IMG/VR virus record: IMGVR_UViG_3300006754_000008
Length of the DNA: 54,881 nt
Reading direction: 5' to 3' (one strand)
DNA from: an uncultured virus (IMG/VR IMGVR_UViG_3300006754_000008)
Taxonomy: Duplodnaviria; Heunggongvirae; Uroviricota; Caudoviricetes
Shown here piece after piece: positions 29,101-38,593 of the stretch. Position numbers and translations under genes: made by a program. Each line of letters begins with the position of its first letter. Position 1 is the first letter of the stretch. The notes beneath the pieces were generated by a model, which saw only the letters and a list, made by a program, of their open reading frames with translations, ran no database searches and had not been told where the DNA came from.

Positions 29101-32100
29101 TCTAGAGCATATTCATTTTGAAGATCTTTGACTCTTTCTTCGACTTTTATTAAAACGCGACCAATTTGAGGCCAAACACTAATTGGTTCACCCTTTCCCT
29201 TTTTTCTAGGAACTTGAGGAGGAAGATCACCAGCAAAATTCCAAGGTTCATTTGGAAGCATTAATTCCTCTCTGGCTTCATGAATTTGACCTTTTCTGGC
29301 CAATGTAACTACATGTTTGATAAATTGATATATACCACGTTTTTTTGCTTTTTCATCCATTTCTGGAGGCCCCAACCTAGTATTGTTCTCTACTTGGCGA
29401 GCGTCCGAAAGATCTTTTTGGCAAACATCATTTTCACAGATATTAGAGTTTGCCTTACTATAATGGCCACATTTACGACAAATTTTTTCTACAGTAAAAC
29501 ATTTAGTACATCTCTCACTATGAACAGGGTATGGGTCATTTTGGTCATTACATTTTGGACAGTATTTGGCATAAACTTTTTTGTTAGCATATAACATACT
29601 TTTTACAAGAGGAAGCTCTGCTACCCAATCAGGAAAATCTAATTTAAATCTATCTAATAAATGTTGTTTTTGTGCTAGCTCACTGCCATTATAACCAACT
29701 CTTCCCAATAATTGAACATGCTCTCTGAAGTCTTGATCATATTGCCTTTGTTCTTTTTCATCAACATTGCGAGATAATTTTCCGAAATAATCATGTACTT
29801 CATGGGATTTCCATAAAGCCATTGTTAGTCCAACATCAAGAAGCATAATTGGTTTAATACCAGTTTCTATTTTGGCTTCTTTTAAGCTATTTCCACAACT
29901 ACTACAAGTGAGCCTATTTGGATTAATATTTTTAGTTTCACACGCTTCACTAGTTGGATCATCTGGATTATCCTTATACTGACAAATTTTAATGGGGACA
30001 TTGGATAATTCTGCTATAACATCATTGCTTATTTCTTTGAAAAGCTGGTTGGTGCCAGATTTTTCTTCCGCAAATGTCCATCTTTGTTCCGCAAATTCAG
30101 CATCAGACAGATTGCTGGATGAATTAAAGTAAATGCTTGTTAGCTCAACACCGGACAAAGAAGTATTACATTTGTAACATTCTTTGTGATCTGGAGAGTT
30201 TTCAGCATAACAAATAACATTAGGACAAAGTTTTATATTAATTCTTGGAGGGCCGGGAATAACTCCCTCTTGTTCTTTTTGAACTCCTCCTCTTCCTAGG
30301 CGATCTTTAACTGCTCTATAGTTTGTTACCATATTAACTACTTGAAATGTAGTAAGTAATTCTTCTCCTAATTGTATTTGAAGACGATCTTTTTCACTTT
30401 TCAATATTGCAGGAGAATAGGGAAATCCCCCCTTGCCAATTCCGGTAGCACTATGAGCCCTTACCGTATTACGCTTTCCTACTCTAAAATGTTCTTCAGG
30501 TCTTTTTTTCCAAATTTCAATTAACTTGATATCTTCAGACGAGAATCCGCTTGTATCACCAGCGTTAAACTCATCTGCTCTAGACATATAATTATTAAAA
30601 AGAGTTTCTTGTGATACGCTAGCATATTCTTCTAAAGATTCTAAGAATTTCTCAAATTCATATTCTGAAATAACATCAAAGTCTAAACTTAGAGGAAGAT
30701 TTTCAAGCAACTTGCGAGCAATTGTTTCATTATCTAGCCGTTGTCTCTGTCTTACTGATAAATTGCCGAATATTTCGGGAGGCGTTGGTACTCCACCAGA
30801 AAATTTTTCAAAAATATTAGTTAGTAATTGTGTTAACTTATCAAAATCAGCACCCTCATCAATTTCATTAATGACGTATCTTGGCGTCATAAGTTTCCTA
30901 TTAAATTTATCAACGCATCTTTCACAATATTCTTCCTTAATACTCATTCTATTATTACATCCTGGTTGGGGGCATATTTTTACAAGCTCTATAGCTGCAT
31001 AAATAGGTTTCTTATTAAACTTGTTATAAAATTCCCTATCTCCATCTCGGAATTCATTCCACATTGCTGTCTCAGCACTATTTAAACTATTTGTCCAATA
31101 TACTTCCTCGGCAGGAGTAGTACCCAAATTTTGAGATTTTGAGGATTCCATAGAAGGATTTCTTTGAGCAACTTGTGCATCATATTCTTCTTGTTTTTGT
31201 TTTGTTAATAAGTCTAGATCTTCTCTTTGTACAGGCATTCTTCTTTTATCAGATTTACTAACTTCATTATCAATAATTTCTAAAACTTTTTCAAAAGCAG
31301 CATCTTTTTCTTTAGTAATTTCTGCTTGTTCTTTCTTATCCTTAACATTTTTTTTATTTATGACAGTTAATAAAGACTTTAAGTCTTGCTTGCGGTTGCT
31401 GGGAAGAATAGAGATTTCACTTGAGGAATAAAATTTTATTAATTTTATTCTTAAATTATCAAAAACATGTAGGCATAGGCCACATTTTTTTCCGTCTACT
31501 GGCTTAGCTGATTTTTCCTTATATTCTTCTATATGTGCTACTGAAATAACTTCTCCACATACTTCACATACTATTGGCTCGGTAGTTATTTCCTTACGAG
31601 ACATTTTAGTCAAACATTCTGGATTGGGGCAAGTAACGGTAGGCTTCATCTCGGTATCCTCTGGAACCTTACATCTTGGACATTCCCAAAATTTTGGAAC
31701 AGTATTGTCTTTTTGTTCTTGTCGCATAACTTCTTCATCTATGGCATTAGAACTTCTTGCAGCATAAGCCTCTGCTCTTTTATGCCAATTAGATAAATCA
31801 CCCTCAATTGTCCCTATTTCTTTCTCTCTTTTAAGTTCGGCTTCTTCTTCTTCAGTTATTTCCTGGGTAGTGAATTTTGGTTCTGGATAATCTAAGATTT
31901 CTCCTTCTGGCTCCTCTTCCTCCTCTTCCTCCTTTTCGCCCTCTTCTTCCTCTTCTGGCTGTAAGCCGGCTTCTTCTCGCCGCTTTGCCTCTTCAGCTTT
32001 TTCCAGCTCTCTTAACTCTCTCTGTTTGGCTTCCTCTTCTTCTCTTTGTTCAAGATAAGATTCTTCATCCCCCATTCCTGATGGACCTTTCTTTGGCCTA

Positions 32101-32138
32101 ACCGCTTCTTTTAAAATATTCTCAAATCTAGTAGACAT
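26097..32138 (-). CDS. Giant multi-zinc-ribbon protein (double zinc ribbon repeats, charged linkers)
   Basis: 2013-aa ORF, dozens of CxxC pairs, AGGAG RBS. Confidence 0.9.
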   Translation of the reverse strand: MSTRFENILKEAVRPKKGPSGMGDEESYLEQREEEEAKQRELRELEKAEEAKRREEAGLQPEEEEEGEKEEEEEEEPEGEILDYPEPKFTTQEITEEEEAELKREKEIGTIEGDLSNWHKRAEAYAARSSNAIDEEVMRQEQKDNTVPKFWECPRCKVPEDTEMKPTVTCPNPECLTKMSRKEITTEPIVCEVCGEVISVAHIEEYKEKSAKPVDGKKCGLCLHVFDNLRIKLIKFYSSSEISILPSNRKQDLKSLLTVINKKNVKDKKEQAEITKEKDAAFEKVLEIIDNEVSKSDKRRMPVQREDLDLLTKQKQEEYDAQVAQRNPSMESSKSQNLGTTPAEEVYWTNSLNSAETAMWNEFRDGDREFYNKFNKKPIYAAIELVKICPQPGCNNRMSIKEEYCERCVDKFNRKLMTPRYVINEIDEGADFDKLTQLLTNIFEKFSGGVPTPPEIFGNLSVRQRQRLDNETIARKLLENLPLSLDFDVISEYEFEKFLESLEEYASVSQETLFNNYMSRADEFNAGDTSGFSSEDIKLIEIWKKRPEEHFRVGKRNTVRAHSATGIGKGGFPYSPAILKSEKDRLQIQLGEELLTTFQVVNMVTNYRAVKDRLGRGGVQKEQEGVIPGPPRINIKLCPNVICYAENSPDHKECYKCNTSLSGVELTSIYFNSSSNLSDAEFAEQRWTFAEEKSGTNQLFKEISNDVIAELSNVPIKICQYKDNPDDPTSEACETKNINPNRLTCSSCGNSLKEAKIETGIKPIMLLDVGLTMALWKSHEVHDYFGKLSRNVDEKEQRQYDQDFREHVQLLGRVGYNGSELAQKQHLLDRFKLDFPDWVAELPLVKSMLYANKKVYAKYCPKCNDQNDPYPVHSERCTKCFTVEKICRKCGHYSKANSNICENDVCQKDLSDARQVENNTRLGPPEMDEKAKKRGIYQFIKHVVTLARKGQIHEAREELMLPNEPWNFAGDLPPQVPRKKGKGEPISVWPQIGRVLIKVEERVKDLQNEYALEAFNKTFDLINPKEQYKIRQLIRKQFGDGTNITDSEGNLIVRNARLRMKNEDGISVFGLIRNYLSQLKEDIAFLKADRERDLKEITKLQKSLKLTEKRMRENQAPISFKRKKDKEAWFGQDRFGLIKNAVKTILRDEPEPEEDDDPNYFEDAEQHYKEEMEKREKKLRGRRPEPGFFSAPVNPEREKSPWEMSPEKMEEEKYLKKREKSVGEKADKAKKKSWKKKVKKYKKWCTVTVKKLQKIQEMMLDAHSRALFGQPIADLDAQQLDRATTLIIEINRDKWETLESEIERLTQEKNSPSDALQSILRGEKEDSAVTVAPEVKEIVKEVVKETEKSKKDPSGTSDEAREKRERDRAREEERAREEEKERERKFIIDRKDYRSDIAGYTRGTIKICPRCNTESPGTSSFCTNKDCSVPRIIKRCPSCHFKNDANETMCKGPECSSKDPFTGDIKSTSLHQVRAEEDPDERERTNIAGETLYPAKLREDYEPMPKKPEFNIECENCGEEYATGAKECQQCGELTENKKCSDCGTMNDLNSDVCQHCEKDITKEIKQTIEKNVFSTKKIQYEKCTAIEGKPCEEYQESEEKIKGRGNPYCKHVLDVEAIKEARRLGELVKYRARTQKHPNGSAVITRGIFVTSFITGPSGSIEKATCYEYHKADINPDIYVICPKCKERTNGSKETKYPEECSSCGADFSDIINNDGIRPKKKKCPRPDCDGLSFFSKEKCEKCGIPLTGAVYKENYQLKKAPSTVPDTPMIKCDNCRQWIRWHDKLTECARCKTDLHSRKGSVYSPNIPMVRCNSCKQWIEWDSKNPPKICEICEEDLDSKLGKSAIIPNIPMIKCDNCFQWTKWDDDKPPKNCQTCKSPFGPRIGEANSVKRPRYLCWQGKTKLVKKCTCDTNNDGRLSKCTYCGRDISDFEIDVKYPDNMCRHMKTALGESELDYMWEKLDFDTVKFKPEGEPMPKPHDRFKGRDACVRFNQILKYSGLKKKVKTLMLSN

Positions 32139-32195
32139 ACCTGTGTTCTCCTATTTCCTTAATTTCTCTAAAATATTGATTTATTAATAGAATCA

Positions 32196-32747
32196 TTGGA
32201 GGTTTCTATGTTTTTTAATTGGATCGCTATACTAATATCAATTCCTATCTTATGGCTATTACAAAATATAATCCATGAATTATCTCACGGCTTGACAAGA
32301 AAAGTTGGTTGGGATTGGGATTTTAAAATTTGGCCTTTTCCCTCTAACAGACTTGGCAGATTTACTTTTGCACATGTAAAATATTCCAGAAATAGTTATT
32401 CTGAAGAAATAAATAATAAGGGTATGGCCCTAGTATCCATTATGCCAAAATTCTCCAATCTTATTTTCATATTAATCTCTGGAACACTTTTATATTTTCA
32501 CATTGGTCCAGCAATTCTATTAAGTATTCTAGCAGTATTTACTCTTTGTAATTATATTGATGCCATGGTTGGCACTTTAGGAATTTTTATTAATAGTAAA
32601 AAGGATTCAAAATCAGATATTTGGAGATTTCAAAGATATTTAAAATTAGATATTTCTAAAATGAGAATAGTTATAGCCATTATTTTAATATTATTATCTG
32701 GATTTGTTTGGGGAAGTATTATCCCTTATTTTTTCTTTGGAACTTAA
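32196..32747 (+). CDS. Membrane protein with HExxH (M50/zincin-like metallopeptidase)
   Basis: IHELSHG within TM segments, later SD motif; start may be 32208. Confidence 0.65.
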   Translation: MEVSMFFNWIAILISIPILWLLQNIIHELSHGLTRKVGWDWDFKIWPFPSNRLGRFTFAHVKYSRNSYSEEINNKGMALVSIMPKFSNLIFILISGTLLYFHIGPAILLSILAVFTLCNYIDAMVGTLGIFINSKKDSKSDIWRFQRYLKLDISKMRIVIAIILILLSGFVWGSIIPYFFFGT

Positions 32748-32748
32748 A

Positions 32749-33354
32749 ATGTTTATAAATTATAAAGATGAAATAGAAGCTTTACAAAAAAGATGTTATG
32801 AATGTAAATTATGTCCTCTTGGTCAAGAAAAAGTAGATGGGTTCGACCCCCATGTATTTTCAAATGGAAAAGTTCCATCAAGAGTAATTTTTGTGGCTGA
32901 GGCACCTGGGGCTACAGAGACTAGAAAAAAAATCCCACTATGTGGAGCTTGCGGTAATTACTTTAATAATGAAATGTTAAGGGTAATTGGCTTAGAAAGA
33001 AAAAACATCTATGTTTCTAATGCCGTAAAATGTAGACCAGAAAAAAATAGAACACCAACAGATAAAGAAATTACAATATGTAGACCACATATTGATGCGG
33101 AAATTTCTTTAATTAATCCAAAATTAATAGTAAGTTTGGGGAATCCTGCTCTTTGGGCGATGTGTGATATAAAAGCGATTACAAGAAATCGTGGCGAAAT
33201 ACATAAATCACGGAAATGGTCTAATGGAAAAACATATGATGTTTTTGCCCTTTATCATCCCTCCTATATCTTGCGATGTAGAGGAAAAAAAGATGTTCAA
33301 AAAGATGTTCAAACTGACTTAATTAATTTAAAAAAAATAATTGGTGAATTATGA
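32749..33354 (+). CDS. Uracil-DNA glycosylase family 4 (Fe-S)
   Basis: C..C.L, AEAPG..E, NAVKCRP..NRTP...EI..C, YHPSY. Confidence 0.92.
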   Translation: MFINYKDEIEALQKRCYECKLCPLGQEKVDGFDPHVFSNGKVPSRVIFVAEAPGATETRKKIPLCGACGNYFNNEMLRVIGLERKNIYVSNAVKCRPEKNRTPTDKEITICRPHIDAEISLINPKLIVSLGNPALWAMCDIKAITRNRGEIHKSRKWSNGKTYDVFALYHPSYILRCRGKKDVQKDVQTDLINLKKIIGEL

Positions 33355-33767
33355 AAACAAAAATAATATGTAAATTTATAAATCTAAAAGATGAATCTAA
33401 GACGTTAGAATATGAACTACCAAGTGGCTGCTTTCCAATAGACGAAGAGAAAAAAATCCAAAAACAAATGGGTCCAAGCTGGATTCTTTCTGATAGATTA
33501 GATGAATGTATACAGAATTTTAATGAAATAGGCCCAACTCAAAAAGCCAGAAGAGAATTTGGATATGGCTATGGATGCGAAATGTTGGAAATTACAGAGG
33601 AAAATATTAAGGCGCTAAAAAATGGACAATACTTAGCATATTACAACCTGTTTTCTCTCTATCTTTGGCTAAGTCAGCAATTTTTTCAAGTTGTGCTTTA
33701 TCAGTGCCCCAACAAGTTCTGTTTTTATTGTTTTAGGTCGCCTGGGAAAGGCAACAACAAAAGATGA
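33351..33767 (+). CDS. Hypothetical protein (C-terminus possibly rearranged)
   Basis: ATGA overlap at start; overlaps next ORF by 77 nt. Confidence 0.5.
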   Translation: MKTKIICKFINLKDESKTLEYELPSGCFPIDEEKKIQKQMGPSWILSDRLDECIQNFNEIGPTQKARREFGYGYGCEMLEITEENIKALKNGQYLAYYNLFSLYLWLSQQFFQVVLYQCPNKFCFYCFRSPGKGNNKR

Positions 33768-33945
33768 AGAACAACAACTAATAAATGAAATGGCTAAAAT
33801 CGATGCTAAAGCATTTATTGTTCTTACCAAAAAGCAGCCAAAATATTGTTTTAGTTATTCTGACAATGATGGATCATATTCTTCAATATTAGAACATGGA
33901 GACATCTTTGAAAATTTAGTTCATGTTAAAATTAGTCATCACTAG
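33691..33945 (+). CDS. Hypothetical protein ending YSDNDG...LEHGDIF....H..ISHH
   Basis: C-terminus resembles a recurrent phage family (from memory); start uncertain. Confidence 0.5.
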   Translation: MCFISAPTSSVFIVLGRLGKATTKDEEQQLINEMAKIDAKAFIVLTKKQPKYCFSYSDNDGSYSSILEHGDIFENLVHVKISHH

Positions 33946-33954
33946 GAGGATAAA

Positions 33955-34440
33955 ATGAAAAAACTGGGCTATGCTCCAGGCTTTAAAAACCCGACCCCAT
34001 ATATAAGAGATATGTTTGATAAATTAAAATTGTCAAAGAAAATCAACATTTTAGATCTGGCAACAGGAAATGGTAGAAATGCTAGATTCCTTCTTGATAA
34101 GGGTTATGATAATATATATTGTTTTGATAGAATACAAGACCCACCTAATAGTCAAGTAGATTATATTAATTATTGGCAAGCTGGTTCTCCAATTATAGGA
34201 CTACCAAAAATTGATTTATTTCTTATTCAATATCTATTTTGTTTTTTAAATAAGACTGTTAAGAAAAAAGTAGTTGTCCAAATAAATAAAAATGCTAATA
34301 AAAATGCTATAGCAATTATTGAAGTTCAAAATACAAAATCTGCCGGAAAAATAAATATAGATGAAATTATACCTTTATTCGGCAAAAGATGGCAGGTTTT
34401 AAATAAAAGACAAAAGCGTTGTATATTGAAAAAAATGTAG
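33955..34440 (+). CDS. Class I SAM-dependent methyltransferase (TehB-like)
   Basis: ILDLATGNGRNARFL motif I; GGAG RBS. Confidence 0.8.
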   Translation: MKKLGYAPGFKNPTPYIRDMFDKLKLSKKINILDLATGNGRNARFLLDKGYDNIYCFDRIQDPPNSQVDYINYWQAGSPIIGLPKIDLFLIQYLFCFLNKTVKKKVVVQINKNANKNAIAIIEVQNTKSAGKINIDEIIPLFGKRWQVLNKRQKRCILKKM

Positions 34441-34505
34441 ATATTTAAATTAGCATTTGTGAATCTGATATAACGTAAAATGATAAAAAATATCGGAGAA
34501 AAGAA

Positions 34506-35000
34506 ATGAAAAAATATCTAATATTAGAATGTCCTATTTGGATAAGGCTTCTTGAGATAAAAGCCAAAGTTCATTTAAAATTTAATCCAGAAAAAGAATT
34601 ATGTGATATGGGATATAGAGAAATTACTCCTATATTTAATCGTAATGGCCATTATTATGATCGCAAAGATCAATTAGTTTGGATTGAATATGATGGAAAA
34701 GCTTGGATGAAAGAAAATCAAGAATCAGAAATTATCCAATTTAAATTAGATTTAGAATCTTTGGAGTTGGAGGAAGATCAACCCAATAAAGAAGTTTTAA
34801 AAACTATGTCTGGATTAATCGGCAAATCAAAAAAGTCTAGTAGATATCATAAAAATTATAAACAAATGCAAAAAGATATTAGAGAATATGGTTTTCTACA
34901 TTGGGCAAGAATTCACGCATTGGAAAGTAAAAAAAGATTTATTGAATTTAAAAAGAGGAGAAAAAATGGCGAGAATAATAATGGAAGGACTAACTCTTAA
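34506..35000 (+). CDS. Hypothetical protein
   Basis: GGAG RBS, 164 aa. Confidence 0.65.
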   Translation: MKKYLILECPIWIRLLEIKAKVHLKFNPEKELCDMGYREITPIFNRNGHYYDRKDQLVWIEYDGKAWMKENQESEIIQFKLDLESLELEEDQPNKEVLKTMSGLIGKSKKSSRYHKNYKQMQKDIREYGFLHWARIHALESKKRFIEFKKRRKNGENNNGRTNS

Positions 35001-35005
35001 ACAGG

Positions 35006-35350
35006 CTAAAATGTTTGCTGAATGGTATGAGGGTCATGAGAAGGACATATAATAATTATTTTTTTAGTCTTATTAATATATTTTGTTTTGGAATAGTTGT
35101 ATTTTCTCTTATGAATATATCTTGCCTTTTTAATAAACTCTCTTGTTGTTGGCATTTTATGATTACATTTTTTACAACCTTTGCCACACAAATGGTTATT
35201 TGGTATTTGTAAAAATTCGCCATGTTTAGGACAGACAATTATTATTTTTATTTGAGATCCAAGATATTTAACTTTAGAATAATCATATTTTTTGTCATGA
35301 ATATTTATTGCTTTGTCGATGAACTGTTGTTTTGTTAATTTATTAGCCAT
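35006..35350 (-). pseudogene. Truncated homing-endonuclease-associated (DUF723/CapR-like repeat) gene
   Basis: FI.KA..IH..KYDYSKV.Y....KIII.CP.HGEF.Q....HL.G.GC..C; second repeat breaks off, no nuclease domain. Confidence 0.7.
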
Positions 35351-35387
35351 ATAAGTATATAATTTTATTAATAGAAAAGGAGATTTT

Positions 35388-35819
35388 ATGGAATGCGTAC
35401 AATATATAGTTGTTAGAAAAGATCTTGATATGCCAGTTGGTAAATTATGTAGTCAAGTCGCTCATGCTTCTTTGGGAGTAATGTTAGAAAGAAAACAATT
35501 TTATGTTTTTAGTAATCCTAAAGATATTAGTTTAAATAGTCCAGACATGAAAATAAGAAATGTCACCCTTATAGACACTAAAGAATCAAGATCTTGGTTT
35601 GAGGGAAGATTTGTGAAACTAGTCGTGTACGTCAAATCTGAGCAGAAACTATTAAATCTTTCGAAAAAATTGGACGACTTAGGCATTACAAATAAATTAA
35701 TTTATGATGCTGGGAGAACTATTTTCAATGGAGAAACAACTCTTACTTGTATGGGCATTGAGCCCATTTACAGAGATAATGTTCCTAAGTGTTTGAAAGT
35801 ATTGAGGTTGTTAGATTGA
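35388..35819 (+). CDS. Peptidyl-tRNA hydrolase, Pth2 family
   Basis: IVVRKDL.M..GK..SQVAHAS, KLVV, DAGRT, T..GI.P. Confidence 0.92.
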   Translation: MECVQYIVVRKDLDMPVGKLCSQVAHASLGVMLERKQFYVFSNPKDISLNSPDMKIRNVTLIDTKESRSWFEGRFVKLVVYVKSEQKLLNLSKKLDDLGITNKLIYDAGRTIFNGETTLTCMGIEPIYRDNVPKCLKVLRLLD

Positions 35820-36298
35820 AGAGAAAAGATTATATAAATTGGAATGATTACTTTATGGCAATTGCTTTATTATCTGCACAACGATCCAAAGATCCTAATA
35901 CACAAGTTGGAGCATGTATTGTTAATGTTGATAAAAAAATTGTTGGTGTTGGGTATAATGGATTCCCAAATAATTGTTCTGATAATTTATTACCTTGGGA
36001 TAGAACAGGTAATCCATTAGATACAAAATATATTTATGTTTGTCATTCTGAAATGAATGCAATATTGAACGCAACAAAAGATTTAAAAGATTGTACAATA
36101 TATTGTACACTAGCACCATGTAACGAATGTGCAAAAATGATTATACAATCTGGTATTAAAGAAGTGATTTTTAAAGATGATGTTTATCATGATACAGAGA
36201 TGTGTATTGCTGCTAGAAAATTATTTGACTTAGCAAGTATAAAGTATAAGCAATATATCCCAAGCATAAACACACTAACTATACAACTAAAGGAATGA
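35816..36298 (+). CDS. dCMP deaminase
   Basis: RSKDP.TQVGA, GYNGFP, HSEMNA, PCNEC. Confidence 0.95.
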   Translation: MKRKDYINWNDYFMAIALLSAQRSKDPNTQVGACIVNVDKKIVGVGYNGFPNNCSDNLLPWDRTGNPLDTKYIYVCHSEMNAILNATKDLKDCTIYCTLAPCNECAKMIIQSGIKEVIFKDDVYHDTEMCIAARKLFDLASIKYKQYIPSINTLTIQLKE

Positions 36299-36304
36299 AA
36301 ATGA

Positions 36305-36610
36305 ATGAAAGCTTTCTTAGACCTAGGATGTTGGGGATACGAAAATAACGATATAAAATTTTGTTCCGGCATAAAAAATAGTATATTGGATTTGACAAAA
36401 AATAGTCAAATTAATTTAAGTGTTACAGAATTTCTTAATGATAATTATCAACTTGTTAGAAAGCCTTTACTTTCCAATGTTCACACATGCCTTTTCAGAA
36501 TCCAAGATAATTACAATGTTTTTTCTAAAGAGCATTTTCAAGCAATAGAGAATTTTTGTATAATGCATAAAAAATGTGGATTGTATTTAAAAATTGAATG
36601 GAAGGATTAA
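36305..36610 (+). CDS. Hypothetical protein
   Basis: Co-oriented ORF. Confidence 0.55.
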   Translation: MKAFLDLGCWGYENNDIKFCSGIKNSILDLTKNSQINLSVTEFLNDNYQLVRKPLLSNVHTCLFRIQDNYNVFSKEHFQAIENFCIMHKKCGLYLKIEWKD

Positions 36611-36612
36611 TA

Positions 36613-37119
36613 ATGTTACGCCTAATATGTGATTTAGATAATACATTAATAGACACAAGAGCAAGAGTGGATGAAATCGAAGAAGAATATGGAATTGATA
36701 ATTGGCCAATAGAAGCCATTGAAAAATTCTGTGAGCCGGATAAAATTATAAATGATAAACTAATACATAATGGGGTTATTATTATATCTAATATTATTAA
36801 GAAATTTCATGCTTCAATTCATTTTAGTACTGGCAGAAGTGAGATGTCAAGAGTATACACGCTCACATATCTTAATAAAAAACTTAGTAAAATATTCAAC
36901 ATGACATTTGCTAATAAAGATTTACTTATGCGTAGTAATAATGCCCCCGATCTTAGTCCTAGAGAAGTAAAGAAAAAGAACTTATTAAGTTTAAAAATTA
37001 GTCCAACAGATACAATTTTATTTTTTGATGACGATCCAAGTTGTATCACAATGTACGCTAAATATGGTTTATCTTTTAAAGCACCCGAGTGTTGGGATGA
37101 TATAAGTATTACATTATAG
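36613..37119 (+). CDS. HAD-superfamily phosphatase (PNKP 3'-phosphatase-like)
   Basis: DLDNTL, STGR, L.MR, K, FFDDD. Confidence 0.8.
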   Translation: MLRLICDLDNTLIDTRARVDEIEEEYGIDNWPIEAIEKFCEPDKIINDKLIHNGVIIISNIIKKFHASIHFSTGRSEMSRVYTLTYLNKKLSKIFNMTFANKDLLMRSNNAPDLSPREVKKKNLLSLKISPTDTILFFDDDPSCITMYAKYGLSFKAPECWDDISITL

Positions 37120-37128
37120 GAGAACATA

Positions 37129-37752
37129 ATGAAGAAAGAAATGATGAAGAAAAAAGTTGTTGAAGAGACACCCGATGTAGTTGCTGGAACAAACAGCATG
37201 GCTCCTGCTGATGTGAAACTCAGCGTAATTAATAATGAAATTTATTTTTCCAGTGACATTAATGATACTTCTGTATCACGTTTAATTGAAGAATTGAGAA
37301 AAGTGGAACTAAGAAATTTGAAGGTTGCTCTTGAAAATGGAATTGATCCACCATCGATTAAGTTATTTGTACATTCATTTGGGGGTAGTGTTTTTTCTGG
37401 TATAGCAGCGATGGACGCTATTAAATCAACAAAAGTTCCAGTTGTTACAATTGTTAATGGAGGTTGTGCCTCGGCTGGTACTTTTTTATCAGTTGTAGGA
37501 AGTAAAAGATATATTTCCAGAAATAGTTATATGTTAATTCATCAGCTTTCGAGTGTTCATTGGGGAAATTATGAATCATTGAAGGATGATATGAAAAATT
37601 CTAAAGAGCTAATGAAGATGATACGCGGAATTTATTTAGAACATACAAAGATTCCAGAAGAAAAATTGAAGAAGATTTTAAAGAAGGACTTATGGTTTAA
37701 TGCTGAAAAGTGTGTCAAACTCGGGTTGGCTGATGGAATTTACGGAGAGTAA
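37129..37752 (+). CDS. ClpP-like protease subunit
   Basis: S.GGSV..G, CASAG (Ser), MLIHQ (His), DLWF.AE....GLAD.I. Confidence 0.9.
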   Translation: MKKEMMKKKVVEETPDVVAGTNSMAPADVKLSVINNEIYFSSDINDTSVSRLIEELRKVELRNLKVALENGIDPPSIKLFVHSFGGSVFSGIAAMDAIKSTKVPVVTIVNGGCASAGTFLSVVGSKRYISRNSYMLIHQLSSVHWGNYESLKDDMKNSKELMKMIRGIYLEHTKIPEEKLKKILKKDLWFNAEKCVKLGLADGIYGE

Positions 37753-38116
37753 AATTAAAAAGTTTGGATTTATTATATTTCTCATATTGTTTTTTTGTAA
37801 TTGTGGAAGAAGTAATGTTATTCCTGAAGTACATAATCATTATTGTGAAGATAATAAAGAAATAGAAGAAATTAAAAATCAAGGCGTATGTATTAAATCA
37901 ATTATTTGTTACGGAGATAAAACATCCATATTTTCATATGGATGTTTTTGCGATCTTCTATGCTTGTGCTTTTTTGCTGAATCAAATAATTGTACTAGTA
38001 TTAAATCAAAAAAGTGTGAGCACAAATCGTATATGTTTATATTTCCAAAAGAAGCATGTTTTGTCGATAATCTTTTAGAAAATATGATAGAAATGAAAAA
38101 GAAAATTGGGAAATAA
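37700..38116 (+). CDS. Cys-rich putative lipoprotein
   Basis: Hydrophobic signal followed by Cys; true start likely downstream. Confidence 0.5.
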   Translation: MLKSVSNSGWLMEFTESKIKKFGFIIFLILFFCNCGRSNVIPEVHNHYCEDNKEIEEIKNQGVCIKSIICYGDKTSIFSYGCFCDLLCLCFFAESNNCTSIKSKKCEHKSYMFIFPKEACFVDNLLENMIEMKKKIGK

Positions 38117-38333
38117 AATGAAACTTAGATACCTAGAACTTCTATTTCCATGTTTATTAGCTTTTATATTTGGAATATTTACTGGATATGTAATTTATGC
38201 CAATAAGGAAACTCAACATGTGAAAACTAAAAAATGTGCTAAAGCATATGTAAAATGTTACTGCCCGCCATGTCATACATTGGGTGCTTCTATGTTGCCC
38301 AAATGTAAACCTATTTGTATTAAGGAAAAATAA
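38106..38333 (+). CDS. Small membrane-anchored Cys-rich protein
   Basis: TM helix plus Cys-rich tail. Confidence 0.5.
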   Translation: MGNKMKLRYLELLFPCLLAFIFGIFTGYVIYANKETQHVKTKKCAKAYVKCYCPPCHTLGASMLPKCKPICIKEK

Positions 38334-38551
38334 TGGCTAATAAATTACAACATCATTGGTTCGCTATGGAATGTTTTCCAAAAGAAAAAGTAGATGTTAT
38401 GGTAAGAAGAATGGAAACACAATCGACTATGGTTATTTCTGTCGATTGTAAATATGAAACTGGAAGTCATGGCGGCGATTGTACTCACCTAGATAACGAA
38501 TCTGGCTTGTGTAAATTTAATTGCTGGCTACAAGGGAAGAATGAAGAATAA
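38333..38551 (+). CDS. Hypothetical protein
   Basis: TAATG coupling. Confidence 0.5.
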   Translation: MANKLQHHWFAMECFPKEKVDVMVRRMETQSTMVISVDCKYETGSHGGDCTHLDNESGLCKFNCWLQGKNEE

Positions 38552-38593
38552 AAAGTCGATAAGATATTTTAATATAGCTATTCTAGGAGCAGT

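Noticed and set aside
26436..32101. Short ORFs inside the 2013-aa gene
   Set aside because: Antisense or out-of-frame shadows with low-complexity translations
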